DNA of 64,000 bases from the NCBI RefSeq assembly GCF_000150275.1, contig NW_002060981.1, positions 208,141-272,140 of the forward strand. The letters are read 5' to 3'. Under the pieces are notes generated by a model. That model worked only from the letters and a program-made list of their open reading frames with translations, searched no databases and was not told the origin of the DNA. A program made the translations under genes and the position numbers. The stretch comes from Trichoplax adhaerens. Taxonomy: Eukaryota; Animalia; Placozoa. Below are positions 41,071-54,300 of the stretch, piece after piece (the stretch's first letter is position 1; each line of letters starts with the position of its first letter).

Positions 41071-44000
41071 TGTTACCGTCTGTAGTGTTTACTTCTAAAT
41101 ACGGTATAGTCTATTTTTTAGTAAAAGTCAATTTCCACTAGATTGTAGCATAACTCTAAATATGTATAATTTATATTTAACAAAATACTCTGTGGAAATC
41201 GCTTTTAAATCTAGCTGAATTATATCGTAGCCTTGTCTTAACATAGAAGTAACATATTCTTATTAGTCATTTATGATTTCCTCCTGCTGTGCTTCATACA
41301 TTATAAAAGCTATCTTCTTTCACCTATCTCGTTAGTTAGTTCTGCTAGTTACACGGTAAGCTTGCACACTTTATCTATGCTACATTACTATAGCTATTCG
41401 ACTAGTCACGTCGTTATACACGCTGTAATCTCACACGGTTTTTCCCTTTGCACTAATTCCAATAAACTCTATTCCTCTACTAAATTAACTCTGGTAATTT
41501 ACTGTGATCATGACGAATCCACAATCTTCCGAAACATCACACCGTCCAAGTACGAAATCCAGTCAATTCGCGAAATGCCTAGTCAATTTGCGAAATGCCC
41601 AAATATATTTCTTTGCTGATTATGCCAATTCGCTTGCAAAATTTGTGGCTATTGAAGAAATTTACGACATTCTAAGCAGTATCTAGCTCATAACAATAGC
41701 GAAAGATATTGCTTTATATTTAGAATTGCTGCAAAAAACGTCAATAACTATAACTCTTTCGACTGCATTCCTACATTTTACATTAAGATTGAGAAATTAT
41801 GTTTTAATATTATTAATTAATCAAAGTTTTTCGCTTTTATTACTTACCTATTATATTAATTCCAATAAAGAGTAAAGAAATCAATCAACGTAACCTATCA
41901 TTCCGGTATACGAAATTCTTATTATCCTGTTGGTATACACTCATTTTATACAGTAAGTAGATAGTCTCAATACGAAAACATGTTAATGTGCATGTGTAAT
42001 GTATAACTAATTAATTAGGTAAAGGCTAAGGCCAGAAACTAACTGCCGATAATTAATAAACAATCTAACCTCTGAAAGTACCCAAAATCAAACGTGATGT
42101 ATTATCTGAAAGAACGGTTACAAGGGTGGCAGTCACAAGATTGGTATGAGTCATCATTGAATTATTAATTAATTTATCATCAATGCCATAAAAACAACAT
42201 ATAAACATTATATTGCATTAACAATAAATAGTGACTGAAATACGAGTGCATCTGCGTTAACTAGAATACAGCTATTGCGTTGCAAAGGAAACTTGATTTG
42301 ATTTGATAATAACTATAATACAAACAGGGCAGTGATAGAAAATAGTTACCGGATTCTGCATATTTACAGCAATGACTAGTAATTTTCACTATCATTTTTT
42401 GCAGCCAGCGATGAGGTAAGTCATTATTTCATGCTCTATAGTAGGAGTCTTTACTCTTATTAAGTATTTTACTTTCCACAATTTCGGTTTAAAAATACAC
42501 GTATGTCATCATTAAACACTTTTAAATTGCTATCTCCTATAAATCATTGTAGTGATTTCAGCTAATTATATTAGTTTTGTGTATACTACAATCGTGGATA
42601 GATAATTTAACCTTACGATAACATGTCAGTACTATTAAAGATAAAATACTAATCTTCGAAGATATCCTACAAATGATGCAATTAAAGAATAATTTGACCT
42701 AAGTAAGCGTAGTGATGTTGCTACAGCAAAAAAATATTTAAAGGAAATAGTTACATGATAAGTTTGCATCGTAGTTCAGGTTTGATCAAAAAATTTACTC
42801 CATCGTTCTGCGGTCTTGACGAAATCTGCGTGAATAAAACTAAACTTTGAAATGGAACGAAAGAACAATACCTAAACTAACTTTAGCACCTCCAATGAAG
42901 CGATAAGAAGGCAGCTATTACCTCAATTTACCCTTCAATAAAAGAGGTAAAAATCTTTCAAATTATTTGATAGTATAGAAATAAGCAGCAAGATATCTTT
43001 TCCTTGGAAAGATTCTTCTATTTCGCTTGAATTCTTAAGCCTATAATTGATTTATTTGAACTCACACTGGTATCTAATACAGAGTTATAAAAAGTCAACA
43101 AGTTTCAAAAACTAATCTAGATGGAAATTGTTCGATGATAAACACTGAACTTTTCCAAGCGATACTTACAGTATAATTCAATCATTTATCGACGTTGGTG
43201 TAAGGCAAAAATTTCATAAAAATAATAAATAAAAGTGTAGTGAAGTCGCTAGATAAGTTATTGCTGTCAATGGGTTACGCAGAAGTTAGTTAGATGCAAC
43301 TTAAAAATAATACTAAATTTAGGGCTGTTTACAATAATAGGTATAGAGTTATATGAGTAATGTTTACGGTAATTTTAGTATGCTGATTTCTATTTTGTTA
43401 GAATGTAATACTAATCATAGAATCTTGTTCTCATACTAAGTTCTGTAAGTGTTAAGTGATCTTGTTCGTAATGATTATATTATAAACGTGTTAGGCTACG
43501 TATTTTAAGCAGTTTCGTTTTACTGTTGTTATTATTCTCAAATCTCAGTCCTTTTTATCTAAAAATTGCTGTTATAAGAAGTTTTCTTTGTCCGTCAGAA
43601 CTTTTCATACTATTACCTATCGTAGTATTTCAATCCTTAGAGAATGAGTAATAAAATCTTATAATTATAAAATTCTTTGTGTGATCTACACGTTGAGCAG
43701 ATTTTCCAGAACAATTTTTGATACAAAATAATGTACTATTTCAAAAAAAGAACATTATTACTATTACTTAGTACAGCCTAAAATCGAACTACTATCGCAC
43801 TATGAATTAAATCATAATAGCCTAGATCTTAAACTACTTTAATAACTAATATTAACCCACAAGGAGTATCTAATTGCAAGCAATAAGAAGAAAGACAGTA
43901 GAGAACACAGCTAACTCATTGAAATATATCATAGCCTCACCGCTAATACACTCAATACACATAGCATAGCGAGATGGCTAGTTTCATCATAAATTACCGC

Positions 44001-46162
44001 CCGCTAATGCTCTACTTAGCATAATCTATTATAAACTAGTATCATGCTTCATCTGTCCATCGTGCGAAAGCATGTTAATGAATAATGAATAATGTTAATA
44101 CTGTTCTATAATAGATGCTATGGTCTCTCGTTGCAGGTGCATATCGGTTTGATTCTATTAATTAACATATCTTACGTTAATTGTCGTTCAATAATTAAAT
44201 ACATTGTATATGCATATGCCGTATATGAAAAAGAATATCTATAATAATTATCGGTATAAAATATGCAAATATGTAACCAATTATATATATTGTCAATAAT
44301 TTTGACAACATTAGTTCAGTCCTTCATTAAGATAATTAATATAACTTTGAGCCAAGTATTTTCTTCATTACTATCGAGATTGGAATAATTACAGTATATA
44401 AATCAGTACTGCCGGTGTATGGATTCGGCTGAGTAGTTTGTGAAATAATCATTGCAGATTTTGAATTTCTGAGCTGCTTGTGGGACTTATTTCTATTTGG
44501 TATGTATTCAGGATTGTAGTAAGATCCAGCAGATCGAAAAATTTTAATATTCATATGAGTAACAATAAGTCAGTGCATCTGATTTAATCAAGTGATTAAA
44601 ATACAGTAGCTAAGATGGTCTTGATTAATTAAAACAAACAATTGAATTCGCTTCCTATTTCAACGATATTATAAACTTTTGTTTAAATAATTCCTAAGAT
44701 GATATAAAGGTTACTTACTTTATTCAGTACTACATACTACTCAAGACGTTATTTCATGTAGTTGGCATATGTAATAAATGAAGATAGGTGAAGGTTGTTA
44801 ATATCATCTGGAAATCAATTGACTTTGTTATTTTCATCATCTAACGAAATATTAGTTAGCATGGTTGGACACCGTCCATTCCTTTTTGTTATCACGCTCA
44901 TTATTCAATGCTTGGCATCCATTTCAGGTTAGCACGGTATGCAAGTTAAAATTAGAACAGAATTTAATAGAAGATGCTTGTTACGGAACAGCGTTTCAAA
45001 TTAATAGATAAGTTACTTGACTATAGAGCAATTGACCTACTAACAAATATTTACGAATAAGGGAGCACCGTAACAAATATGAATATTTTATCAAACTTCT
45101 TACACATAATATGCATTAGCATTTGTATCAAAGTTATTAATAAATAAATTACTAGGGAATTTACTGACGATGATTTATTTGATCGCGTATTGGCAATTTT
45201 TTATAAATCTATTTGTCCACCTATTTTAAAGCTCTATGAAAAGGCAAAGTAGATTTTGAACCCAAATTTTTTAGCATCTGCCAATGATCGGTATATTGCT
45301 AAGTTCTGCGAAAACTTTTTCTCTATCCTTGCAGTTAATCCGTTTTCAATCTTTAATAGGGAATTGTAATAGTTTGCTATTACGCTAGGTTCTTAGTTTA
45401 TATCGTACACAACACGACTTTAAGTATCATCATGTACTCACTAGTTTCATATACAAACCGTACAACTTATTACGACAATATGACTTAGCATCACTTCTCT
45501 GCATGAATATATCTTCAGTAACACTATCCTTAGTATTTGGCTACTTTATTCGTAAAATTTTCTAATCTGTTATCATATCTAATCTTCACGTAAGCAAGAT
45601 TTCTATATGATTTTTTTAATGAGAATTATCATTTAAATAGTGATAATCAAAAAACATAAAATCGATAAAAATAAGATAATCAATATCAAACAACAACCAT
45701 GAGACGCATAAGCCTTCGTTCCTGAGACTATAGTTATAGACTGGAATTAATTAACTAAATCTTTAAGTCATTCTAACGGCACACTAACCCGTAATACCAG
45801 AGCTGCTATAAATTACAAACATCTGTTTCATTCTTATTGTGGATGAAAACTATAGGCTGTATTAATTGCGCTGCCATGTCTTTATAACACACCTTTATTC
45901 TTTTCTAATTAATCAATTGTTAATATATCAAGCATCTCCATTGTGTCAGTATTCTTTCATCTGATTTACTTGTTATTATCATTACTAAAATTATTGATTA
46001 AATTTAAACTGTAACTTCTGATAATAGCTATTAATTATGTGCTTTACTGTATATAGGTAATTGTTGATTAGAAAAAAACAATAAATATACTTTCTATTCT
46101 TGCTATAAATCAGCAGACTTATAATATACCATTACTACTATACAAACCTTAAGAAATTAAGT

Positions 46163-46233
46163 GCGTAAAATAGCCGTATATCGCATTAATTGGGTTTTTT
46201 AACCAATTAATGCGATATATGGTCATTTTACGC
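46163..46233. repeat. 31-bp inverted repeat (hairpin)
   Basis: GCGTAAAATAGCCGTATATCGCATTAATTGG / CCAATTAATGCGATATATGGTCATTTTACGC with a 9-nt loop; one mismatch and two G-U pairs. Confidence 0.85.
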
Positions 46234-47772
46234 GTTACATTGGAAGAATTTGTTCATATTTTAATTACGATACTATATTACGGTCACAAATAGCTTCGTA
46301 GCGAGGGTTTCATAAAAAAATTTCTAAATTTCGAGGTCTGTAGGGTTCATTATTCCTTGACACTTCATAGTAACTTAAGACGCATTTCCTTTTACGGTAT
46401 ATGGATAGAGAATTGATTTCCTTGAAACATCTTCTAAGTTTATATACTCTTTGGCAGCAGTTAGTATTGAAGATCATCTTAATATACTAACAAATAATTC
46501 ACACTTGATAATCGAATTAATACGGAAATGTCTATAGTCATGAACACCTACTGACCAATTCTAGAAAACTGGACTAGAGCATAACCATGCATAGAATTAT
46601 CTACATTATGGCCGCTTATCTTTCGTGATTGTAATCACAAGGGGTCGTACTATAATCAATTAATGTCGATAACTGTAATACTGTTTAATTCTTAAAGAAA
46701 ATTGGGTTTATTTTGATAATTTTCTCTAGTGAATTTAACATTTTAATAAGGTAATTGTAATTAATAACTTATAGTAAGAATCATGATAACTATGATTTGA
46801 TGTAGTAAATTGCAATAGGTACTGTATTGTAAAAATAATTTACAACATTTAGTCAATTGCTTCTTTATGATAGTTTTTACCATGAAAGCTACCAAGCGTT
46901 AACTCACAATGTCGAAATTGTAGTTGACTGCCGGTTATGTACGCTACTTAATATAAAGATAATTTTAAATATGATGGCAGAAAGTAAATTTTGCCGTAGA
47001 TATTTCCTTAAACTAACAGTGACATGCTACTGTACTAGGCAATCACATATATCTAATCACTACCATTTTCTTGATGGGTAACAGCATATTATTAAAGAAG
47101 GCAATAATATGAATATCTTAAAAGCTATAAGATTTAAAATCCGAAAAATTTACTATTTGTTGCTGGGAGAATAACTAATTTTGAGTTTCCATAGTGGAAA
47201 CTGTAAATAATACTATTAATATAATCATTTGATCAAGGAAATTGATTAACAAAATGTCACGGAGTAACTTTTACTTAGTCGGCATAACATAAACTACTTA
47301 TCATTACATATCTTAGCTAAAAATTTGTCGATACAGTAATAATTAATTATGACACTTACGAATGTACTGTACTTAATCGCCCTATTGCAAGTTTTCCATT
47401 GCTGGTAGTGGATTATACTTTAATTAGTACGAGTACATATAAATGTACCCAAACTGCACTACCTGTTTCTAAGCATGATTTTATGAAAAGATATCGATCA
47501 GGATCTTACTATTTAAATGCCCTGTTTCACGAAAGTATTAGTATTTAGTAACGTTAATCCTACGTCAAAGTTTCCTTTGTTGAATAGGCCCTTTTCCAGT
47601 CCATTTTTTATCACAACATAAAATGGACGGGACATCGCCAAATATTTGTGAGATTTATTGTTAGAAGAACTTATATTTATACTTTATGACATAATGGAAT
47701 CTATTATTTGCTTGCATATTAGTTTCTTATAGAAATTTCTTATAAACATATATTTAAAGGTCAATATTATAT

Positions 47773-48206
47773 TGTCACGGTACGAACCACCGTGAAGAAA
47801 TAGCTATCTAAATTTGGTTAATATAATATAGTGATATTATATTACAACTAGTTACTTACTATAGGAATTACTCTAATTATAAATGTGTTACAGTAAATTT
47901 AATGCTGTGCTGTAATGTGCACTGAAATGATTCTGTGGATGGACATATTGTAGTCCGACTGTGAAAAACTAGTTATCTCACCTAAGTTATTTTATAAGAT
48001 GACTTGTGAATGTTAGCTACTGTAGAAGGGTATATAAGCCCGTCAGATAGTTGAATAAAGTAGTTCTCAATTGTCTAGTTGAGTTTAACGTAGAATCAAA
48101 GGCGTCTAAATTCTTGTGATGTAGTTAAGGGATACTGAATCCCGGAGACTATAGTAATTTAGAGATTTTTTTTACGTTATCCTTGTCACGAAGCTGGTTT
48201 GTGACA
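47773..48206 (+). mobile_element. Solo-LTR-like element, family A, copy 1
   Basis: TGTCAC...GTGACA termini; TSD TATAT on both sides; internal TATATAA (48031) and AATAAA (48054); near-identical to three other copies. Confidence 0.9.
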
Positions 48207-48329
48207 TATATCTCCTTCAAATTTAAAAAAATAAAACCATAGATATTAAGCGATGATTGTTTATAGGGAGTAGATTCACTTTAAAATGATAAATTTTATT
48301 ATTTTACTCATCGCTTAATAAAATCATAG

Positions 48330-51300
48330 GATCCTTACTTATATCGAAATCTGAATGTCCACAATTTTGTGCCTGTACTCGATCAAATCCAGCAGGGCCT
48401 TACTTAAATGCTAGCTGTGACAAACATATTAACCCTAAACTATGGCTAAATTCTAGCTTTGTGAATATCCAATCTTTGTAAGCAATTTGAATATGCTTAA
48501 ACATAAAGTAAGCTAAAGCATATTTTGTAGTAACAACCATTTGCTAAAAAAATTCGCACATCGTATAGGGAGATATCTAATCTGTTGGTCGAAAGTGTCA
48601 CCAGTTCCTGGCTTAGTAGTTTTCCGAACCTTAATTTGCTGTAAGTAATTTCAGTACGAATATCTGATAAAATCAAATTTGTAGTATTTATGTCGTTTAA
48701 ACTATATACGAAGACACTTACTCATTAAATATCCCTAAGAAAATTAATAGTTGGATGTTCATAAAGCGAAGTTATGCTGTAAATGTATGCTAACTGGTTA
48801 TGTTTGAATCTTGAAGTTCTATATCAGGAACAAAAGTGTCTACTATCGCGTCTTTTGCATTTGACAGCCTACGGAAATTAAAATTCCTGTAAGTTTTAAA
48901 ATCTTAAAGGTTATCTTTGTATATTGGGCAAGCATTAAATAATGTAATAAGCGCAATAATAATGATCAATTATAATTACTTAAAAAGGATCTTAGCTAAA
49001 AACCGAATTAGGAGCGTCCGAAGCTTATTTGGCGATCTTTTACAATTAAAAGATTTGTAAGAAACATTCTTTGATTTAAGTTTTCATTAAAACATGAAAT
49101 TGAATACCAATTTAATTTTAAAGTAACTGTGATACTCTAATTAATGATACGATATCTTGAAAGGTGATAACTATTCTGACTATCATAAGCTAATAATACT
49201 GTGATGTAGATTAAGGTAGTTTTGTATACAGCTTATGCAAGAATTTTTTACAAAACAAGCGGATAAAATTTATTAGCGTTATAATAACTAGATATTTCAA
49301 AATTAATAGATTACCCTAATATTCTATTCGGAACATATTTACTTAACTAATTTTATTGGTAATAAATGGTAGAGATTTGTCAAAGAATCAAAAAATATCC
49401 TTAGATGAATTATTCCCAAAGCCTATAGGGATTACTAAGTTGTAAGTTCTAAAGTTAAGAATTTAATTTCAATATGACTGTGATATATTTTCTAAAATGT
49501 ATTTTGGGAAGGGNNNNNNNNNNNNNNNNNNNNNNNNNNNNNNNNNNNNNNNNNNNNNNNNNNAGAATAGGAGTATTCTCTGCCTTGTACAATCTGACTT
49601 ATTTGTAAGTAAATAACTATGAACATTAGCGGATCTGGAAATAGTATACTATTAACGGGAAACTATCCTATAATATTGATACCTTGTATCCATTAACTTG
49701 ATAAGTTTAATAATGTTAATAGTTATGATACAATAATAATTAGGTATAGCAATGTCTTTTAGGAAGGTTACAAATTGCTTGTAGCACAAGGATTAAATTA
49801 TGACATTTTAGAAGCTAATAACAGGATATAATCTGAAATTATGTATAATGTGCAGGATATTAGCTATAAAACGATTATTTGAAAATTTTGGCTTGATATA
49901 ATATTAGCTACTTACTTTGTATTTCTTGTTTATGCTACAAATATGTAAATGCAAATGAATATCTGAAGTATTTTTTGGTTCTAATAGAAATTTAGATGTG
50001 AATAATTTAATAGAATTGCCTTCCAGATTGTTTGAAGATCTGAAAAGTTTAAAAACATTGTAAGTTATATATATAATTCAATAAGATTGTGTCATATACC
50101 TAAGCAAAATTTTCGACTTACATTAATAATGCCATAAAATTTTATCAAAAGTCAGTTAATTTAATCCAGATACCATTTTTACCATCTCTGATAAGGAAAC
50201 GTGGAATGCAAACATTTGAATGTTACGGGATTTTAATTTCCTAAGCCATAAATTTCCACACTTGACAATGCTTGAATTTTGCTAAAAATGCTAGAGTAAA
50301 GGACTCAGCAACATTTACTGGGATTCTAACTTTTATTTTAGAGTTTTAAGACTTGCTGCTCTCTATCGTATTTGCATGATTAGATAAAATTGTGGCTATG
50401 TAAATGTCACAAAACAGCTTTGCAACAAGATAACGTAATGTACGATCAATAAGTCAATTCCTTGAACCACGTATCAAGGAACGATATCTGCACTATCACA
50501 AACACTTTTACTCTACTAGCAGACTACGCAAAGACTTAAACGCCTCGTATTTTACGTTAAACACTAAGTTTAAGAGTCCACTTTATTACACAATATACTG
50601 CATTTATATACTCTTCCTCAATAGTTCATAAGTCATAGTTAGTGCGATTAATTTTGGAATCGTTTACTGAATTAGATATTAATTTTAGCTACTGCTCCCT
50701 TAATGCAGACAACAGTATTTACGAGCTTAGACATGTAATGACTAATACAGAATAGTCAGATTACGATATGTCCTATCACGGAACATTTCCACGATAATTT
50801 ACAATCTACCATAAGTAAGTTACAATCACAATGATTCGAACTGTAAGTAGATGATTTGCATTCCCTTTTATAACTATTAATTTCAGTATGTGTATATGTA
50901 TCTGTCACAAACCAACTTCGTGACAAGTGTAACGTAAAAACAAATCTCTAAATTACTATAGTCTCCGGGATTCAGTATCCCTACTTACAAGAATTTAGAC
51001 GCCTTTGATTCTACGTTAAAACAACTATACAATTGAGAACTGCTTTATTCAACTATCTGACGGGTTTATATACCCTTCTACAGCAGCTAACATTCACAAG
51101 TCATCTTATAATAATACTTGGGTGAGAACATCTACTAACTAGTTTTTCACAGTCGGACTACAATATGTCCATTCACAGAATCATTTCAGCACACATTACA
51201 GCACAGCAATAAATTTACTGTAACACATTTATAATTAGAGTAATTCCTATTGTAAGTAACTAGTTGTAATATAATATCACTATACTATATTAACCAAATT

Positions 51301-54300
51301 TAGATAGCTATTTCTTCACGGTAGTTCGTACCGTGACAGTATCACTGTCATAAAAGTCAGTGCTATATTAAAGCACAGTATATCCAAATTAGAAGTTAAC
51401 TAAAAAAGGATAGACTAACAGAATTATCCTAACATAGATATTTCTACTCTAATACAGTATATAACACTGTCACAGTAAATATCTTGAATTAGTAGAAATA
51501 GTAGAAATTTGAATGTAGTTTATTGTTGCAATTGTTTAGTGAGAGAAATACTACCGGAAATGGAATGAATATTAGCTAAAGTATGAACGTATCAATTGCG
51601 CTACTGAAAGAACATAGTAATTTTGCCTTTATTTAACACTATTTGTTATTAAATGACCCCCATAAGCCGATTTTGAATGATAAATTTTGAAATACGAGTG
51701 TGTCTATAATGACTTAATACGATTTGTAAAGAAATTTTAATATAAACTGGTAAATTATGATAACTTCGCTTTTCCTTTAATATTTATTGTAGGGTATNNN
51801 NNNNNNNNNNNNNNNNNNNNNNNNNNNNNNNNNNNNNNNNNNNNNNNTTTCGCATTTGTTTCTAGTGTAGTTAGAAACCGTATAGTTGAATATAATTGTG
51901 GCATAGTAATTTACTAAAAAAATTTCTCAAATTAGCTCTATCCCCTATATTATTGCACCCTTAAGAATAATCTGGGCATAGTCTTCTTAGTTAATTCTAT
52001 AATATATAATTACTGCTCTGTATTGTACGATTAGGCTGTAACTTTTAAGAGTAAATGCCGTAATGGTGATAATAAGAAGATATTAACAGGTTGATTTGTT
52101 ATTATCTAAATAGGTCTCTACACAAGAATGATATTACAAATATTGCTTGTACGTCCTTTAAATCGCAATTAAAAATGGAAAAAGTGTAAGTATTAAGGTT
52201 ATGTGTCGTACTATCCCATATTATCTAAGGATTATACCTTATTATTGTTATGCCACTATAAAAACTAGGAATTAATCATTGTTACTACTCGCAGCAAAGT
52301 CCATTAATATGAAAATATGAGCATTTTTAATTTCTAATAGTTTTATCAATTTTTATCAGTTTTAAAAACCTCATTTTATTCTTTATTTGTAGGGATTTGT
52401 CGGAAAATCGACTATCAGGGTTATGTAACTACTCTTTTACTGGTTTAAATTTGCAGTCTATGTAATTTTTTTATACGTGTAGTAATCATAATTTTAATTA
52501 ATAGACTTTAGTAAGCTACAACATGAGTATTTGCCTACTTTACAGAGATTTAGGCGGAAATAGTTTAACAGCTCTTACTGAAACTTTTACTCATTTATTA
52601 GGACTAAAGCACCTGTAAGTTATACTTTAAAATTCGCATATATCGCTATCACGTCAATTATGGTGAAAAATGCTGAACTGATGATGTAATTAATCTAGGA
52701 ATCTGCGATCAAATGATATCCAAACAATGTCTAGAAACTCATTCGAGGGCCTGGCATCACTTCAAATTCTGTAAGAAAATGATTATTATTTGTTATGATA
52801 CTCATAACATGAAACTCAAATATTGGATTATAATATGAAAAGTTTTGATTTTTGAATTGATTATTTATATTACTTTGGACTTTAAAAGAACATTAAGAAT
52901 AAACTCTGCAAAATCTCTTTCAAGGGAATTATTTCGTTTTACAACTAATTTATTACATCTGTGAGTATAACTGCCCTATCTCAATACAAAATAGGATGTC
53001 TTGATTAAAGTGGTTATTGAATGACCTAGGGATTTATCTCATAATGCCATTAATGCACTTCCATCGTCCCTATTTCAAAATAATCTCAAATTAAAACTAG
53101 TGTAAGTTGGCTTTTGTTATCGAATACATTTATTTAGCCAATATAGAGCTGATTATTTTATTAACAGACTCGAAAGTAAATTACTAATTGTAATTGTTCC
53201 ACAGTAATATTTGTTGCAGACCAGGTAATTTATATTTTAAAATAATATCTATTGATTCTATCTATTGCAAACTGATGTACTAGGCATGCATGAAACTGTG
53301 AAGATCTTTCTGAATAAGATATCAGAAACTTACTATTATTGAATGATATTATATTATAATTATTAAGATAAGCTGGTATTTAGTTAATAATTATTTTTAG
53401 ACTTGCGAAATTCTAGAGTAAGAATACTCATCAGCTACAAACGTAGTATTTGATATATGTATTAGTATCACTCGTAATAGACTAACGGGAACTTTTATGA
53501 TCGTAATTTCAACATGTAGCGATTTGTCCTTTAACCGCATTGACAACATCGAAATGTTTACTTTTGAAAATTTAGTAAACTTGGAAACATTGTAAGTTAA
53601 CAAAAATGCTTATTTATAGCTTCAATATATTGATTCCTGAGAATTGTGTATGTCGATAAAATTTAGAAATCGCTATTTATAAAATCAACTTATTAAAGCA
53701 TACTAAACAATGCAGTTTGTTCAAATGAGGATGTATATCAGTTTACATCAAAGAAAGTGCTTGAATATTCATAAACAACTTATCTCTACAAGATATTTCG
53801 TATATTTCTTTGTATTCCGCTAGATTGCTGCATAAGAATTTCATAAGCTCTATTAGTGCGTACACTTTTTCAGGACTGAAAAATTTAAAAAGACTGTAAG
53901 TTGTTAACAAGCCTATATATTATTTAACAAAGACGGTACCATATAATATTATAAACGATAACGTGAGAAAATCTAACTTGTACTGATAAGAATTGAACTT
54001 CTTTTACCAAGATTTTATATTAATGAGTTATTTAACAAATTGATTCAAACGATAAAGGTCGCTTTATGGAAGCAGTGTAACTTCCTTCACCTTTACAGCA
54101 ACTCATAGTTTGCCGGCATTGCAATATCTGTATATGAACTGTCCATTTTATATTCTTTCAAAATATATAAGAAAAATTAGATTGAAATTTTTATGTACCA
54201 GATAATCCTTACTAAGGGTACTTTCACTTTTAGCGATTTATCCAATAATATTTTCCATATTCCTCAAGAAAGTGCATTTATTGGAAGTTCTAAATTGCAG

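Noticed and set aside
41561-41600. 20-bp tandem duplication (agtcaattYgcgaaatgccY) as a CRISPR-like or functional array
   Set aside because: Only two adjacent units, no spacers, eukaryotic context.
42372-42415. First (signal-peptide) exon of the LRR gene
   Set aside because: Has a good donor but phase 2, incompatible with the phase-1 LRRNT exon, and the peptide is not signal-like.
48430-48438. Telomerase template-like TAACCCTAA
   Set aside because: Lies inside the LRRNT coding exon; none of the structured islands contains a CCCTAA template.
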